Shown here: positions 8,100 to 18,269 of the stretch, in pieces
Numbering within the stretch: the first letter of the stretch is position 1
Layout: each line of letters begins with the position of its first letter
Source: Aurantibacter sp.
GTDB lineage: Bacteria; Bacteroidota; Bacteroidia; Flavobacteriales; Flavobacteriaceae
NCBI GenBank assembly: GCA_036821745.1
Contig: DAISIZ010000002.1
Location: 1 to 36,208 of the forward strand
DNA: 36,208 nucleotides
Direction: 5' to 3'
Translations under genes and position numbers: made by a program
Notes under the pieces: generated by a model
What the model saw: only the letters and a program-made list of their open reading frames with translations
Database searches by the model: none
What the model was told of the DNA's origin: nothing

Positions 8100-10754
8100 T
8101 TAGTTAATGTATTTTTTAGCACCTTCTAAAGCTTTTTCAATACCTTCTACTAAGCGTCCACCAGCAGTTGCAAAAAACGGCTGTCCGCCTCCGCCACCTT
8201 GAATATACTTACCAAGTTCGCGTACTACTTTACCAGCATTTAAATCTTTACTGGCTACTAATTCCTTAGACACGTAACACGTTAATAAAGCTTTTCCTTT
8301 ATTTTCCGCTCCAAATAACAAGAATAAATTCTCTTGATTCTGCCCTAACTCAAAGCATAAATCTTTAATTCCAGCAGGATCTAAATCGACCTTTTTAGCT
8401 AAAAATTGCACGCCATTAATTTCTGTAATTTCAGATTTTAAATCGCCTTTTAAGTTTTTAGCCTTATCCTTTAATAATTTTTCTATCTCCTTTTTTAAAG
8501 CGGAATTTTCTTCTTGTAACGTCGTTACCGCTTTAACCGGTTCTTTTGTGTTGTTTAATAAAGCTTTAATAGACACGTATTCCTCATCTACAGTATCGTA
8601 ATAATCCTTAACAGCATCGTTAGTAATCGCTTCAATACGACGAATTCCAGATGCCACAGCACCTTCATTAGTAATTTTAAAATGCCAGATATCGCTGGTA
8701 TTCTTTACGTGCGTTCCTCCACAAAGCTCTATAGATTGACCAAACTTAATCGTTCTAACCGTATCACCGTATTTCTCACCAAACAATGCCATAGCACCTT
8801 CGCTAACGGCTTGCTCCATTGTTGCTGTTCTGTTTTCTTCTAAAGCTAACTTTCCTTCAATACGTGCGTTTACAAAATCTTCAACATCTTGTAATTGCTC
8901 GTTAGTCACTTTAGAGAAATGCGAAAAGTCAAAACGTAAATACTTACTATGTACGCTACTTCCTTTTTGCTCGACGTGTGTTCCTAAAATTTCACGTAAA
9001 CCTTGGTGTAATAAGTGTGTTGCAGTGTGATTACATTCTGTTCTAAAACGTTGTTTTACATCGACAACTGCTCTAAACGTTTTATTTAAGTTTTTGGGTA
9101 AAGTCTTCGCAATATGAATAATCACATTGTTTTCCTTTTTAGTGTCTATAATATAAACGACATCTCCGTTTGGCACTTCTAAATAGCCTTTATCACCAAC
9201 TTGTCCTCCACCTTCTGCATAGAATGGTGTTAAATTAAATACCAATTGAAATAAAGCACCATCTTTTTTAGACGTTACTTTTCTATATTTTGTTAAAGTT
9301 ACATTCGCTTCTAAAGCATCGTAACCAATAAATTCTTGTACACTATCTTCTTTAACTGTAATCCAGTCTTCAGTTTGTTGCTCGCTTGCTTTACGTGAAC
9401 GTGATTTTTGCTCTTCTAATTTGGCATTAAAACCAGCTTCGTCTAATTTTAAGTTTTTCTCACTTAAAATTAAAGCGGTTAAATCAATTGGAAAACCATA
9501 TGTATCGTATAATTCGAAAGCTTTTTCACCTTCAACGGTATCGCCTTTTGTGTTGGCAATAATTCGGTCTAACAATAATAAACCTTGATCCAAGGTACGT
9601 AAGAAAGAGGCTTCTTCTTCACGAATAACGTTTTCTATTAATTGTTTTTGCGAACGAATTTCTGGAAACGCATCACCCATTTTAACGCTAAGCACTTCAA
9701 CTAAACGGTAAATAAAAGGCTCTTTAGTATCTAAAAACGTAAATCCGTAACGTACCGCACGACGTAAAATACGACGAATCACATAACCTGCTCCTGTGTT
9801 ACTTGGTAACTGTCCATCGGCAATAGAAAATGACACCGCACGAACGTGATCACTAATCACACGAATTGCAATATCTGTTTTATCATTTTCTGATAAAGTT
9901 TTTGCTTGCGTTAAATCTTCAGTAGAACCTGTATATTTTTTATTTGTAATCGTTTCTATCTCACGAATAATAGGAATAAACACATCGGTATCGTAGTTAG
10001 ATTTCACATCTTGTAATACCATACATAAACGCTCAAATCCCATTCCTGTATCAATATGCTTGTTTGGTAATGGCTCTAAACTTCCGTTAGCTTTACGGTT
10101 GTATTGCATAAATACCAAGTTCCAAATCTCTACGACTTGCGGATGATCTTCATTCACTAAAGTCTTACCATCAACTTTGGCTTTTTCTTCTGGTGTACGA
10201 ATATCTACGTGAATTTCACTACAAGGACCACACGGACCTTGCTCGCCCATTTCCCAGAAGTTATCTTTTTTATTTCCTTTTAAAATACGGTCTTCGCTAA
10301 TGTAATTTTTCCAAATATCGTAAGCTTCCGTATCTAATTCTAAGTTATCGTCATCATCGCTACCTTCAAAAACGGTAACATATAATATGTCTTTATCAAT
10401 TTTATAAACCTCAGTTAATAATTCCCAAGCCCAAGCAATAGCTTCTTTTTTAAAGTAATCGCCAAAACTCCAATTTCCTAACATTTCAAATAAGGTATGG
10501 TGATAGGTATCGTAACCTACTTCTTCTAAATCATTGTGCTTACCAGAAACACGTAAACATTTTTGAGAATCGGTTAAACGTGAATTTTTAGGCTCTGAAT
10601 TCCCTAAAAAATACTCCTTAAATGGCGCCATACCAGAATTCACGAACATTAACGTCGGGTCATTTTTTAACACCATTGGTACCGATGGTACGATACTGTG
10701 TTTTTTAGATTCAAAAAACTGTAAATATTTAGCGCGAATGTCTTGAGCGTTCAT
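8100..10754 (-). CDS. alaS: Alanine--tRNA ligase
   Basis: [29 protein letters not shown], editing motifs NHTATHLLH and ELCGGTHV, C-terminal GGGGG. Likely start is MNAQDIR at 10754 (ORF track starts at 10784). Confidence 0.98.
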   Translation of the reverse strand: MNAQDIRAKYLQFFESKKHSIVPSVPMVLKNDPTLMFVNSGMAPFKEYFLGNSEPKNSRLTDSQKCLRVSGKHNDLEEVGYDTYHHTLFEMLGNWSFGDYFKKEAIAWAWELLTEVYKIDKDILYVTVFEGSDDDDNLELDTEAYDIWKNYISEDRILKGNKKDNFWEMGEQGPCGPCSEIHVDIRTPEEKAKVDGKTLVNEDHPQVVEIWNLVFMQYNRKANGSLEPLPNKHIDTGMGFERLCMVLQDVKSNYDTDVFIPIIREIETITNKKYTGSTEDLTQAKTLSENDKTDIAIRVISDHVRAVSFSIADGQLPSNTGAGYVIRRILRRAVRYGFTFLDTKEPFIYRLVEVLSVKMGDAFPEIRSQKQLIENVIREEEASFLRTLDQGLLLLDRIIANTKGDTVEGEKAFELYDTYGFPIDLTALILSEKNLKLDEAGFNAKLEEQKSRSRKASEQQTEDWITVKEDSVQEFIGYDALEANVTLTKYRKVTSKKDGALFQLVFNLTPFYAEGGGQVGDKGYLEVPNGDVVYIIDTKKENNVIIHIAKTLPKNLNKTFRAVVDVKQRFRTECNHTATHLLHQGLREILGTHVEQKGSSVHSKYLRFDFSHFSKVTNEQLQDVEDFVNARIEGKLALEENRTATMEQAVSEGAMALFGEKYGDTVRTIKFGQSIELCGGTHVKNTSDIWHFKITNEGAVASGIRRIEAITNDAVKDYYDTVDEEYVSIKALLNNTKEPVKAVTTLQEENSALKKEIEKLLKDKAKNLKGDLKSEITEINGVQFLAKKVDLDPAGIKDLCFELGQNQENLFLLFGAENKGKALLTCYVSKELVASKDLNAGKVVRELGKYIQGGGGGQPFFATAGGRLVEGIEKALEGAKKYIN

Positions 10755-10889
10755 AATTATTAGGCTATAACTTGGATTAACCAAGTTGTGTTTATGTTAT
10801 AAATTTTGAATTAGGACAAATTCTATTAAAAATAAAATCCCTAAATTGTACGTTACTTTTAAAACCAAAAGTTAAAAGTAAAACTTGCA

Positions 10890-10897
10890 CAAAAATA
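10890..10897 (-). promoter_or_regulatory. -7 promoter element for alaS
   Basis: Minus-strand TATTTTTG in the divergent alaS/M23 intergenic region. Confidence 0.45.
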
Positions 10898-10911
10898 GTA
10901 TAATTTAAGGA

Positions 10912-11883
10912 ATGAGTAAGGTAAAATATTATTATGATTCTGATACGCTATCGTATAAGAAGATAAACCGTAAAGCTGGACGAACAATTGGGCGATTTAT
11001 GCTGTTTTTAGTGGCGTCATCTTTATTTGCTTTATTGTTTTTATTTGTGGCTGGTCGTTATATCGATTCGCCAGAAGAAAAAGCGTTGCGTCGTGAATTA
11101 GCCAATATGCAACTGCAATACGACATTTTAAATACTAAAATGGAAAGTGCCGAAGCGGTTTTAGCAAATGTTGAAGAACGCGACAATAACATTTACCGTG
11201 TGTATTTTGAAGCCAACCCGATTCCTGAAGAACAACGTTTAGCAGGTTTTGGTGGTATAAATCGTTATAAAAAGTTAGAAGGTTATCATAATTCTGAAAT
11301 GATTACGGCAACCAACCAACGTTTAGATCAATTACAAAAACGTATTGTTGTACAATCTAAATCTTTAGATGAAATAAAAGTTTTAGCCGAAAACAAAGAA
11401 GCACTTTTAGCTGCGATTCCAGCGATTCAACCTGTGAGTAATGAGGAATTAACACGTATGGCTTCTGGTTATGGGTATAGAAGTGATCCTTTTACTAAAG
11501 TGAGAAAATTCCACTACGGAATGGATTTTACCGCACCAAGAGGCACACCAATTTATGCCAGTGGCGATGGTGTTGTTAAACGCGCCGACAGTAAATCTTC
11601 AGGTTACGGAAATCATATTCGTATAGACCACGGTTATGGTTATATTTCGCTATATGCACACTTATTTAAATATAATGTTCGTAAAAATCAGCGCGTAAAA
11701 CGTGGCGATTTAATTGGTTTTGTAGGAAGTACAGGACGAAGTGAGGCACCACATTTACATTACGAAGTATTTAAAGATGGTGAACGTATAAATCCTATTA
11801 ACTTTTACTACGGAAGTTTATCGGCGGACGAATTTAGTGCCTTACTTAAAAAGGCAAGTATGGAAAATGAATCTTTAGACTAA
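10912..11883 (+). CDS. M23 family metallopeptidase
   Basis: N-terminal TM, coiled coil, HYGMDF, YAHL, PHLHYEV. Confidence 0.93.
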   Translation: MSKVKYYYDSDTLSYKKINRKAGRTIGRFMLFLVASSLFALLFLFVAGRYIDSPEEKALRRELANMQLQYDILNTKMESAEAVLANVEERDNNIYRVYFEANPIPEEQRLAGFGGINRYKKLEGYHNSEMITATNQRLDQLQKRIVVQSKSLDEIKVLAENKEALLAAIPAIQPVSNEELTRMASGYGYRSDPFTKVRKFHYGMDFTAPRGTPIYASGDGVVKRADSKSSGYGNHIRIDHGYGYISLYAHLFKYNVRKNQRVKRGDLIGFVGSTGRSEAPHLHYEVFKDGERINPINFYYGSLSADEFSALLKKASMENESLD

Positions 11884-12212
11884 TGGAGTTAGAACTTCCT
11901 GAAAAACGTTACTATTCTATTGGCGAAGTTGCCAAGGCTTTTAGCGTAAACACGTCTTTAATACGCTTTTGGGAAAAAGAATTCGATGAATTAAAGCCTA
12001 AAAAAAACGCAAAAGGAAATCGTAAATTCACCCAAGATGATATAAAAAACCTTAAATTTATATATCACTTAGTTAAAGAACGCGGTTTTACTTTAGAAGG
12101 TGCCAAAACTCATTTAAAAGAAGAACGTCAAAAAGCGCTAACAACCTTTGATATTGTGGACAAATTAGAACACATTAAAAGCGAACTAATTAAAATTAAA
12201 AATCACTTATAA
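11883..12212 (+). CDS. MerR family HTH transcriptional regulator
   Basis: YSIGEVAKAFSVNTSLIRFWEKEF...GNRKF. Confidence 0.9.
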   Translation: MELELPEKRYYSIGEVAKAFSVNTSLIRFWEKEFDELKPKKNAKGNRKFTQDDIKNLKFIYHLVKERGFTLEGAKTHLKEERQKALTTFDIVDKLEHIKSELIKIKNHL

Positions 12213-12235
12213 ACTAACCTTTAAAAGAATTTAAA

Positions 12236-12820
12236 ATGAAAAAGTATTTAGTACCAATTGTAGTTATAGTATTACTTGGACTATGGGTTATGAACTCATA
12301 CAATGGCATTATAGGAAAAGAAGAAAACGTAAACGAAGCTTGGGCAAAAGTAGAAAGTTCTTACCAAAGACGTTCTGACCTAATTGGAAACTTAGTTAAT
12401 ACCGTAAAAGGCGCAGCCGATTTTGAGAAAAGTACTTTAGAAGCTGTAATTAATGCACGTAGTAAAGCAACCAGTATAAACATAGACCCAAGTAACATTA
12501 CGCCAGAACAATTAGCGCAGTTTAACAAAGCGCAAAGTGGTTTAAGTAGTGCTTTATCGCGCTTATTAGTGACTGTAGAACGTTACCCAGAATTAAAAGC
12601 AAATCAGAATTTCTTAGAATTACAGAGTCAATTAGAAGGTACTGAAAACCGCATTAATGTAGCGAGAGACCGTTTTAACGAGTCGGCTAAAAATTACAAC
12701 ACCACTGTTAGAAAATTCCCAGGTAGTTTAGTGGCTTCAATTTTTGGTTTCGATGCTAAAGCATATTACGAAGCAGAAGCAGGAAGCGAAAAAGCACCAG
12801 ATGTAAAGTTTGAATTTTAA
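12236..12820 (+). CDS. lemA: LemA family protein
   Basis: YQRRSDLIGNLV, ERYPELKAN, LEGTENRINVAR. Confidence 0.92.
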   Translation: MKKYLVPIVVIVLLGLWVMNSYNGIIGKEENVNEAWAKVESSYQRRSDLIGNLVNTVKGAADFEKSTLEAVINARSKATSINIDPSNITPEQLAQFNKAQSGLSSALSRLLVTVERYPELKANQNFLELQSQLEGTENRINVARDRFNESAKNYNTTVRKFPGSLVASIFGFDAKAYYEAEAGSEKAPDVKFEF

Positions 12821-12821
12821 G

Positions 12822-13262
12822 ATGAAAAAAGCCGTAGAGCAATTTTTAAGTCCCAGTGAAGAGCAATTATTAGTCGATGCGATTTGCGAAGCCGAAACTG
12901 AAACTTCAGGAGAAATTCGTGTACACATTGAAGCAACCTCTGGTGGCCATATTGATGCGAGAACCATTGAAGTTATCGGATTACTTAATATGCACAAAAC
13001 CCAACAACGCAATGGTGTTATCATTTACTTAGCCGTAGAAGATCGTGAATTTTCTATTTATGGCGATGAAGGTATTAATAACCTTGTTTCAGTTGATTTT
13101 TGGGATAGTACCAAAGACACCATACAACAACATTTTAAAAATGGTGCGTTTGCCGAAGGGTTAAAACAAGGTATTCTTAAAGCCGGACAACAACTTAAAA
13201 GCTTTTTCCCTTACCAAGACAACGACACAAACGAGTTACCAAACACGATATCCAAAGGATAA
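12822..13262 (+). CDS. TPM domain protein
   Basis: AETETSGEIRVHIE...RNGVIIYLA...GDEGIN...NELPN. Start taken at ATG 12822, just after the lemA stop. Confidence 0.85.
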   Translation: MKKAVEQFLSPSEEQLLVDAICEAETETSGEIRVHIEATSGGHIDARTIEVIGLLNMHKTQQRNGVIIYLAVEDREFSIYGDEGINNLVSVDFWDSTKDTIQQHFKNGAFAEGLKQGILKAGQQLKSFFPYQDNDTNELPNTISKG

Positions 13263-13263
13263 T

Positions 13264-14103
13264 ATGCCAAACGCATTTACAAGCACAACACGTTCAAGCC
13301 TAAAAACAACTGTTTTATCGGCTTTAGTGCTGTTGTTTTTAATGTGTACACATAGTCTTTTTGCGCAGTTTAATATCCCTGAAAAACCAGATTTAGAAAC
13401 CAGTATTTATGATAATATTGGCTTATTATCTGAACCACAAAAACGCACCTTAGAACAAAACCTTATTCGTTACTCGGATTCGACCTCAACGCAAATTGTT
13501 GTGGTTATTATTCCGTCTACCAATGGCGAGAACATTAATTACTTAGGCGCTAATTGGGGTGAAAAATGGGGCATTGGACAAGAAAAAGAAGACAATGGTG
13601 TCTTAGTTTTATTAGCACAAAACGACCGTAAAATAGCGATTAGTACTGGACAAGGTGTTGAATTTGCTTTAACCGATGCGATGTCTAAGCGTATTATTGA
13701 ACGTGATATTATCCCTTATTTTAAACAAGGGAATTATTATGGCGGTTTAAATAATGGGATTCGTTCAATTTTTGAAGTCTTAAATGGTAGCTACAAAAAT
13801 AACCAAACTAACTCTGATGATTTCCCAATTGGGTTCTTCATCTTTCTACTCTTTATATTTATCATTTTTATAATCATTATAAGAAGCAAAAACAAAGGCA
13901 ACGACAATCACGACGGACGACACTTTAGAAACGATCGTGGACGAAGCATTTTAGATGCTATTATACTAAGTAATTCTGGCCGTGGCGGATTTGGTGGCGG
14001 TAGTTTTGGTGGTAGTAGTGGCGGAAGCTTTGGAGGTGGCGGTTTTTCCGGTGGCTTTGGTGGCGGAAGCTTTGGTGGCGGAGGCGCTTCTGGTGGATGG
14101 TAA
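13264..14103 (+). CDS. TPM domain (YgcG-like) membrane protein with Gly-rich tail
   Basis: STQIVVV, WGIGQ...DNGVL, a TM helix, C-terminal GGFGGGSFGGGGASGGW. Confidence 0.88.
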   Translation: MPNAFTSTTRSSLKTTVLSALVLLFLMCTHSLFAQFNIPEKPDLETSIYDNIGLLSEPQKRTLEQNLIRYSDSTSTQIVVVIIPSTNGENINYLGANWGEKWGIGQEKEDNGVLVLLAQNDRKIAISTGQGVEFALTDAMSKRIIERDIIPYFKQGNYYGGLNNGIRSIFEVLNGSYKNNQTNSDDFPIGFFIFLLFIFIIFIIIIRSKNKGNDNHDGRHFRNDRGRSILDAIILSNSGRGGFGGGSFGGSSGGSFGGGGFSGGFGGGSFGGGGASGGW

Positions 14104-14110
14104 TTTCTTT

Positions 14111-14212
14111 TAGTTAGCAGTTTCTTTTTATAGTTTACAGTGATTTAGTCTTCAGTCCTGAGTGATAGTTCGCAAATATAGTGGGCAGTTTTTTAGTCTT
14201 CAGTAGGCAGTC
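14111..14212 (+). repeat. Degenerate ~7-nt YAGTNNN tandem array
   Basis: TAGTTAG CAGTTTC ... TAGTTTA CAGTGAT ... TAGTCTT CAGTCCT GAGTGA TAGTTCG ... TAGTGGG CAGTTTT ... TAGTCTT CAGTAGG CAGTC. Confidence 0.55.
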
Positions 14213-14456
14213 TTTATGGCTTTGTGTTTCTGTTCTCAAGACAAATCTTTAAGCTAACAATTGTTTACCCAATTAGACTACCGCTAATTTGTAATTAGTG
14301 CCGTTATGAGTAAGCTACTCAAAATACAAACATAGTTTTGAATTTTACATTTTTAGTCTTGACGTCTTCGAGCTTAAAACTTCAAGCCTATTTTTCCCAC
14401 TTACTTTATTGACTAACCAAAAACTTTATGCATTTACAAACCTTACTTAACAAGTC

Positions 14457-14625
14457 GCATTAGTGATAGTAGTGGCATCCTTTTTTGTGTAAAATGAATA
14501 AGACTAACTTCTTTTGTAAAACCAACAAAATAGCATAGAGATACTGAAACAAGTTCAGCATAAAAAAAGATATAACGGATAGCACGACCTGTATCCTGAA
14601 TTTATTTCAGGATCAGGTAATGCCC
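14457..14625 (+). ncRNA. Structured intergenic element resembling the Flavo-1 RNA motif / Flavobacterial repeat
   Basis: GCATTA(14457)/TAATGC(14618), GTG/CAC, AGTGGCATCCTTTTTT...AAAAAAAGATATAACGGATAGC core and CCTG/CAGG stem. Family assignment is from memory of the motif, not a covariance search. Confidence 0.5.
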
Positions 14626-14639
14626 AAAAAGAATTAATT

Positions 14640-15257
14640 CTATTTTCCGTTAAAGGTATTCATTGTATTATTTAAACCTGCTAAACCGAAAGATTTAATG
14701 GCTTCTACACACACATTTAAGCGTTCTTTAAGCTTTGTATTTTCCTCGTCGGTCCACTCGCCTAAAACATAATCTACTTGGCGTCCTTTTGTAAACTCGT
14801 CGCTAATACCAAACCTGAAACGGTTATATTTGGTAGTCTGCAATTTATCTTGGGTATCTTTTAAACCGTTGTGACCGCCATCGCTTCCTTTGGCTTTTAT
14901 ACGCAGACTTCCAAAGGGTAAATTTAAATCGTCGGTAATGACTAAAAGGTTTTCTAATGGAATTTTTTCTTTATCCATCCAGTACTTAATGGCTTTTCCG
15001 CTAAGATTCATAAAGGTACTTGGCTTAAGTAAAATAAAGGTGCGCCCTTTTAATTTATAGGTCGCTAAATCGCCTAACTTATCGGTAGCAAAAGACACGT
15101 TTTCGGTTTTTACCAAATAATCTAAGACTTTAAAGCCTATGTTGTGGCGCGTGTTTTCGTATTTATCGCCAATGTTTCCTAAACCAACAATTAAGAATTT
15201 TTTCATATCGATTTCTGTTTCCTTTATTTTAAACCGTTGTTTTAACCAAGCAATCAT
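14640..15257 (-). CDS. pth: Peptidyl-tRNA hydrolase
   Basis: LIVGLGN...YENTRHNIGF, TFMNLSG, GGHNGLK. Alternative start at 15206 (MKKFLIV). Confidence 0.96.
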   Translation of the reverse strand: MIAWLKQRFKIKETEIDMKKFLIVGLGNIGDKYENTRHNIGFKVLDYLVKTENVSFATDKLGDLATYKLKGRTFILLKPSTFMNLSGKAIKYWMDKEKIPLENLLVITDDLNLPFGSLRIKAKGSDGGHNGLKDTQDKLQTTKYNRFRFGISDEFTKGRQVDYVLGEWTDEENTKLKERLNVCVEAIKSFGLAGLNNTMNTFNGK

Positions 15258-15298
15258 ATATTATACCAATTAGAATAGATTACAATTGATTCAAAAAT

Positions 15299-15331
15299 AA
15301 AAAAGCATCCTGAATAAACAGAATGCTTTTT
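15299..15331 (-). terminator. Intrinsic terminator after rplY
   Basis: AAAAAAGCATCCTG-AATAAA-CAGAATGCTTTTT hairpin (one mismatch) flanked by A/T runs. Confidence 0.65.
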
Positions 15332-15352
15332 AAAATTTTATGTTCTGAGAAA

Positions 15353-15961
15353 TTATTCTGCAGCTGGAGTTGCTTCAGCTCCTTCTTCTTCTTCTTCCTC
15401 ATCATCTGCAACAGAGTTACGAGAACGTCTAACTTGACATACTACTGTATTGTCTGGATGCATAAATTTAAAGTCATTACTATCTAAAGTTGTGATGTAT
15501 AATTTACCACCAATTTTAAGTGGTGTAATGTCTACAGTAATTGTATCTGGTAAGTTTCCAGGAATTGCTTTAACACGTAAACTACGTTTGTTTTTACGTA
15601 AAACACCACCATTTTTAACCCCTTTAGAACTTCCTGTAAATTCAACAGGAATATCCATAGTTACTTCTTTGTCAGCAAAAGTTTGGTAGAAATCTACGTG
15701 TAAAATTTTGTCTGTTACTGGGTGAAATTGGATATCTTGTAAGATAGCGTCAAATTTAGAACCATCGGCTAACTCAATCACAACTGTGTGTGCGTTTGGA
15801 GTATATACCAAGTTTGAGAATGCGATTTCAGTTGCTGAGAAATGCACAGTTTGTTCTCCTCCGTATATAACGCAAGGAACCATACCAGCATTACGTAAGG
15901 CTTGAGTTGACTTTTTACCTACGCTTTCTCTTTTAGATCCGTTAATTGTAATTGATTTCAT
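15353..15961 (-). CDS. rplY: 50S ribosomal protein L25 / general stress protein Ctc
   Basis: [33 protein letters not shown], acidic tail. Confidence 0.96.
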   Translation of the reverse strand: MKSITINGSKRESVGKKSTQALRNAGMVPCVIYGGEQTVHFSATEIAFSNLVYTPNAHTVVIELADGSKFDAILQDIQFHPVTDKILHVDFYQTFADKEVTMDIPVEFTGSSKGVKNGGVLRKNKRSLRVKAIPGNLPDTITVDITPLKIGGKLYITTLDSNDFKFMHPDNTVVCQVRRSRNSVADDEEEEEEGAEATPAAE

Positions 15962-16014
15962 TTTATATTTATTTAATTATTATTCTAATATTTTAAACTT
16001 CCTAAGAAGTGGTC

Positions 16015-16956
16015 TTACATAATAAACTTGTCACTAATTGACTTGTTATAATGTACGTTTTGCATCACATCGGCAAATAAATTTGCACAAGATAATACTC
16101 TTATTTTGCTACTTTCTTGTTTTAAAGGAATTGAATCGGTTACGATTAATTCTTCTAATTTAGAATTCTCTAAACGCTCGTAAGCACTACCAGATAAAAT
16201 TGGATGCGTACAAATAGCTCTTACACTAAGTGCACCACGTTCCATCATTAAATCGGCTGCTTTAGTTAATGTTCCGGCAGTATCTACCATATCATCTACT
16301 AAAACGACATTTTTACCAGTTACGTCACCAATTAATTCCATGTGAGAAATTACGTTGGCTTTAGCACGTTGCTTGTAACAAATTACTACATCGCTAGTTA
16401 AAGCTTTAGAGTAAGCGTAAGCACGTTTAGATCCTCCCATATCTGGAGAAGCAATAGTTAGGTTATCTAACTTTAAGCTTTCTAAGTATGGTAAGAAAAT
16501 AGTTGATGCAAATAAATGATCTACTGGCTTTTCAAAGAATCCTTGAATTTGATCGGCATGTAAATCCATTGTTATAATACGTGTCGCACCAGCAGTTTCT
16601 AACATTTTAGCAATTAATTTTGCTGCGATTGGAACTCTTGGCTTGTCTTTACGATCTTGTCTTGCCCAACCAAAGTAAGGCATAACAGCTGTAATGTGTC
16701 TTGCCGACGCACGCTTAGCTGCATCTATCATTAACAACATTTCCATTAAGTTTTCGCTACTTGGATTTGTAGATCCAATAATAAAAACACGTGCTCCACG
16801 AATAGACTCTTCGTAAGATGGTTGAAATTCACCATCGCTATACGTTGATGTAATGACGTTACCTAAAGCAACACCAAATTTCTTAGCGATTTGTAATGCT
16901 AAAGCTTTACTTTGAGTACAAGTGAATATTTTGGCTTCTACGGTTTGAATAGACAT
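16015..16956 (-). CDS. prs: Ribose-phosphate pyrophosphokinase
   Basis: PYFGWARQDRK, DLHADQIQGFF, SPDMGG, VDDMVDTAGTL. Confidence 0.97.
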   Translation of the reverse strand: MSIQTVEAKIFTCTQSKALALQIAKKFGVALGNVITSTYSDGEFQPSYEESIRGARVFIIGSTNPSSENLMEMLLMIDAAKRASARHITAVMPYFGWARQDRKDKPRVPIAAKLIAKMLETAGATRIITMDLHADQIQGFFEKPVDHLFASTIFLPYLESLKLDNLTIASPDMGGSKRAYAYSKALTSDVVICYKQRAKANVISHMELIGDVTGKNVVLVDDMVDTAGTLTKAADLMMERGALSVRAICTHPILSGSAYERLENSKLEELIVTDSIPLKQESSKIRVLSCANLFADVMQNVHYNKSISDKFIM

Positions 16957-17009
16957 GTCTAATGGCTTGTTTTACAACGATTAATAAACTAGTATTATTT
17001 AATTGCGTG

Positions 17010-17017
17010 CAAATTTA
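17010..17017 (-). promoter_or_regulatory. -7 promoter element for prs-rplY
   Basis: Minus-strand TAAATTTG 53 nt upstream of the prs ATG. Confidence 0.55.
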
Positions 17018-17081
17018 TGGTTTTTTTTGTTCTATGCCGATAAATACTTGCTTAAATTTAAGCATTACAACGAATAATCTG

Positions 17082-17089
17082 TATTTTTG
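17082..17089 (+). promoter_or_regulatory. -7 promoter element for tRNA-Leu
   Basis: TATTTTTG 13 nt upstream of the tRNA 5' end. Confidence 0.6.
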
Positions 17090-17102
17090 CTGTCCTACAA
17101 AT

Positions 17103-17182
17103 GCTCAAGTGGCGGAATTGGTAGACGCGTCGGATTCAAAATCCGATTCCTTGGAGTGCGGGTTCGATTCCCGCCTTGAGTA
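17103..17182 (+). tRNA. tRNA-Leu(CAA)
   Basis: Acceptor GCTCAAG/CTTGAGT-A, D arm GGCGGAATTGGTAGACGC, anticodon arm TCGGA-TT-CAA-AA-TCCGA (CAA at 17137-17139), variable arm, T arm GCGGG-TTCGATT-CCCGC. CCA not encoded. Confidence 0.96.
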
Positions 17183-17183
17183 C

Positions 17184-17223
17184 AAAAAAGCGTAATTCAT
17201 TTAAAACAATGATTACGCTTTTT
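17184..17223 (+). terminator. Intrinsic terminator after tRNA-Leu
   Basis: AAAAAAGCGTAAT...ATTACGCTTTTTT inverted repeat with T-run. Confidence 0.75.
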
Positions 17224-17256
17224 TCTTTTTAAGCAAGATGTCCATATTTTTATCCT

Positions 17257-18207
17257 ATGAAATTACAAACTCAAATCCCTTTAAAACCAGTGCAGCAACA
17301 TCATATAGATTATAAAAGTGCGCTGTGTTTCTTTGGGTCTTGTTTTTCTGAACATATTAGTGAGAGATTAATCGCTCACAAACTACCAACATTCAGTAAT
17401 CCGTTTGGCATATTATTTCATCCAAAAGCGATTGAAAATTTAATTAAAAAATCGATAACAGATTACAGTTATTCAACAAATGATGTTTTTGACTTAAACG
17501 AGCAGTTTCAATGTTTTGAAGTACATTCTAAATTAAATACTATACATAAAACTGAATTAATTAAACGTTTAAACGAAGTAACTACCGAAACACTTCAACA
17601 GTTAAAAAAAGCATCACATATTTGTATGACTTTAGGAACAGCTTGGGTTCACAAACATATAGCAAGTGATAAAACGGTTGCTAACTGCCATAAAGTACCG
17701 CAAAAGGAGTTTAACAAAACACTACTTTCTATTGAAGAAATAACCGCTTCACTTCAAAATTGTATGGACTTAATTTTAAGCGTAAATCCAGAAGCTCAAT
17801 TTATTTTTACGGTTTCTCCAGTGCGACATATAAAAGATGGTTTTACCGAAAACACCTTAAGTAAAGCCCATTTAATTTCGGCAGTTCACGCAATCGTAAA
17901 TACTAATAGTCAAGCGCATTATTTTCCGTCTTATGAAATTATAATGGACCAACTTCGTGACTACCGTTTTTATAATGAAGATATGCTTCACCCTAACACC
18001 ACAGCCATCAATTTTATTTGGGAACAATTTAAAACCGTTTGGTTTAGTGAAGAAGCACAAAATATTTCAACAGAAATTGCACAAATTACACGAGGCTTAA
18101 ACCACAAGCCTTTTAATCCAAATTCTGAAGCCCATAAAAAGTTTCTTTTGCAATTAAATAGCAAGAAAACAGCACTTCTTAACAAGTTCCCGCACATTTC
18201 ATTTTAA
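17257..18207 (+). CDS. GSCFA domain protein (SGNH-like)
   Basis: FGSCFSE, NPFGILFHP, TLGTAW, VANCHK, TVSPVRH, YFPSYEI..D.LRDYRFY..DMLHP. Confidence 0.9.
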   Translation: MKLQTQIPLKPVQQHHIDYKSALCFFGSCFSEHISERLIAHKLPTFSNPFGILFHPKAIENLIKKSITDYSYSTNDVFDLNEQFQCFEVHSKLNTIHKTELIKRLNEVTTETLQQLKKASHICMTLGTAWVHKHIASDKTVANCHKVPQKEFNKTLLSIEEITASLQNCMDLILSVNPEAQFIFTVSPVRHIKDGFTENTLSKAHLISAVHAIVNTNSQAHYFPSYEIIMDQLRDYRFYNEDMLHPNTTAINFIWEQFKTVWFSEEAQNISTEIAQITRGLNHKPFNPNSEAHKKFLLQLNSKKTALLNKFPHISF

Positions 18208-18269
18208 TAAGTAAGAATTATTGCGTTATTTGTAGGTTCCTTAAATTTACTTTTAAACCTATAACTTGT

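Noticed and set aside
12737..13024. 95-aa minus-strand ORF
   Set aside because: Antisense to lemA and the TPM gene.
13975..14100. GGT/GGC-rich repeat with duplicated GGCGGAAGCTTTGG
   Set aside because: Explained by the Gly-rich tail of the TPM protein.
14104..14640. Possible CRISPR array in the repeat-rich gap
   Set aside because: No constant 23-47 nt repeats with spacers and no cas genes in the window.
16962..17195. 77-aa ORF
   Set aside because: Overlaps tRNA-Leu and two promoter elements; spurious.
17103..17260. tRNA-Leu as an integration site
   Set aside because: No integrase and no duplicated tRNA 3' end seen; the tRNA is followed by a terminator and an ordinary gene.
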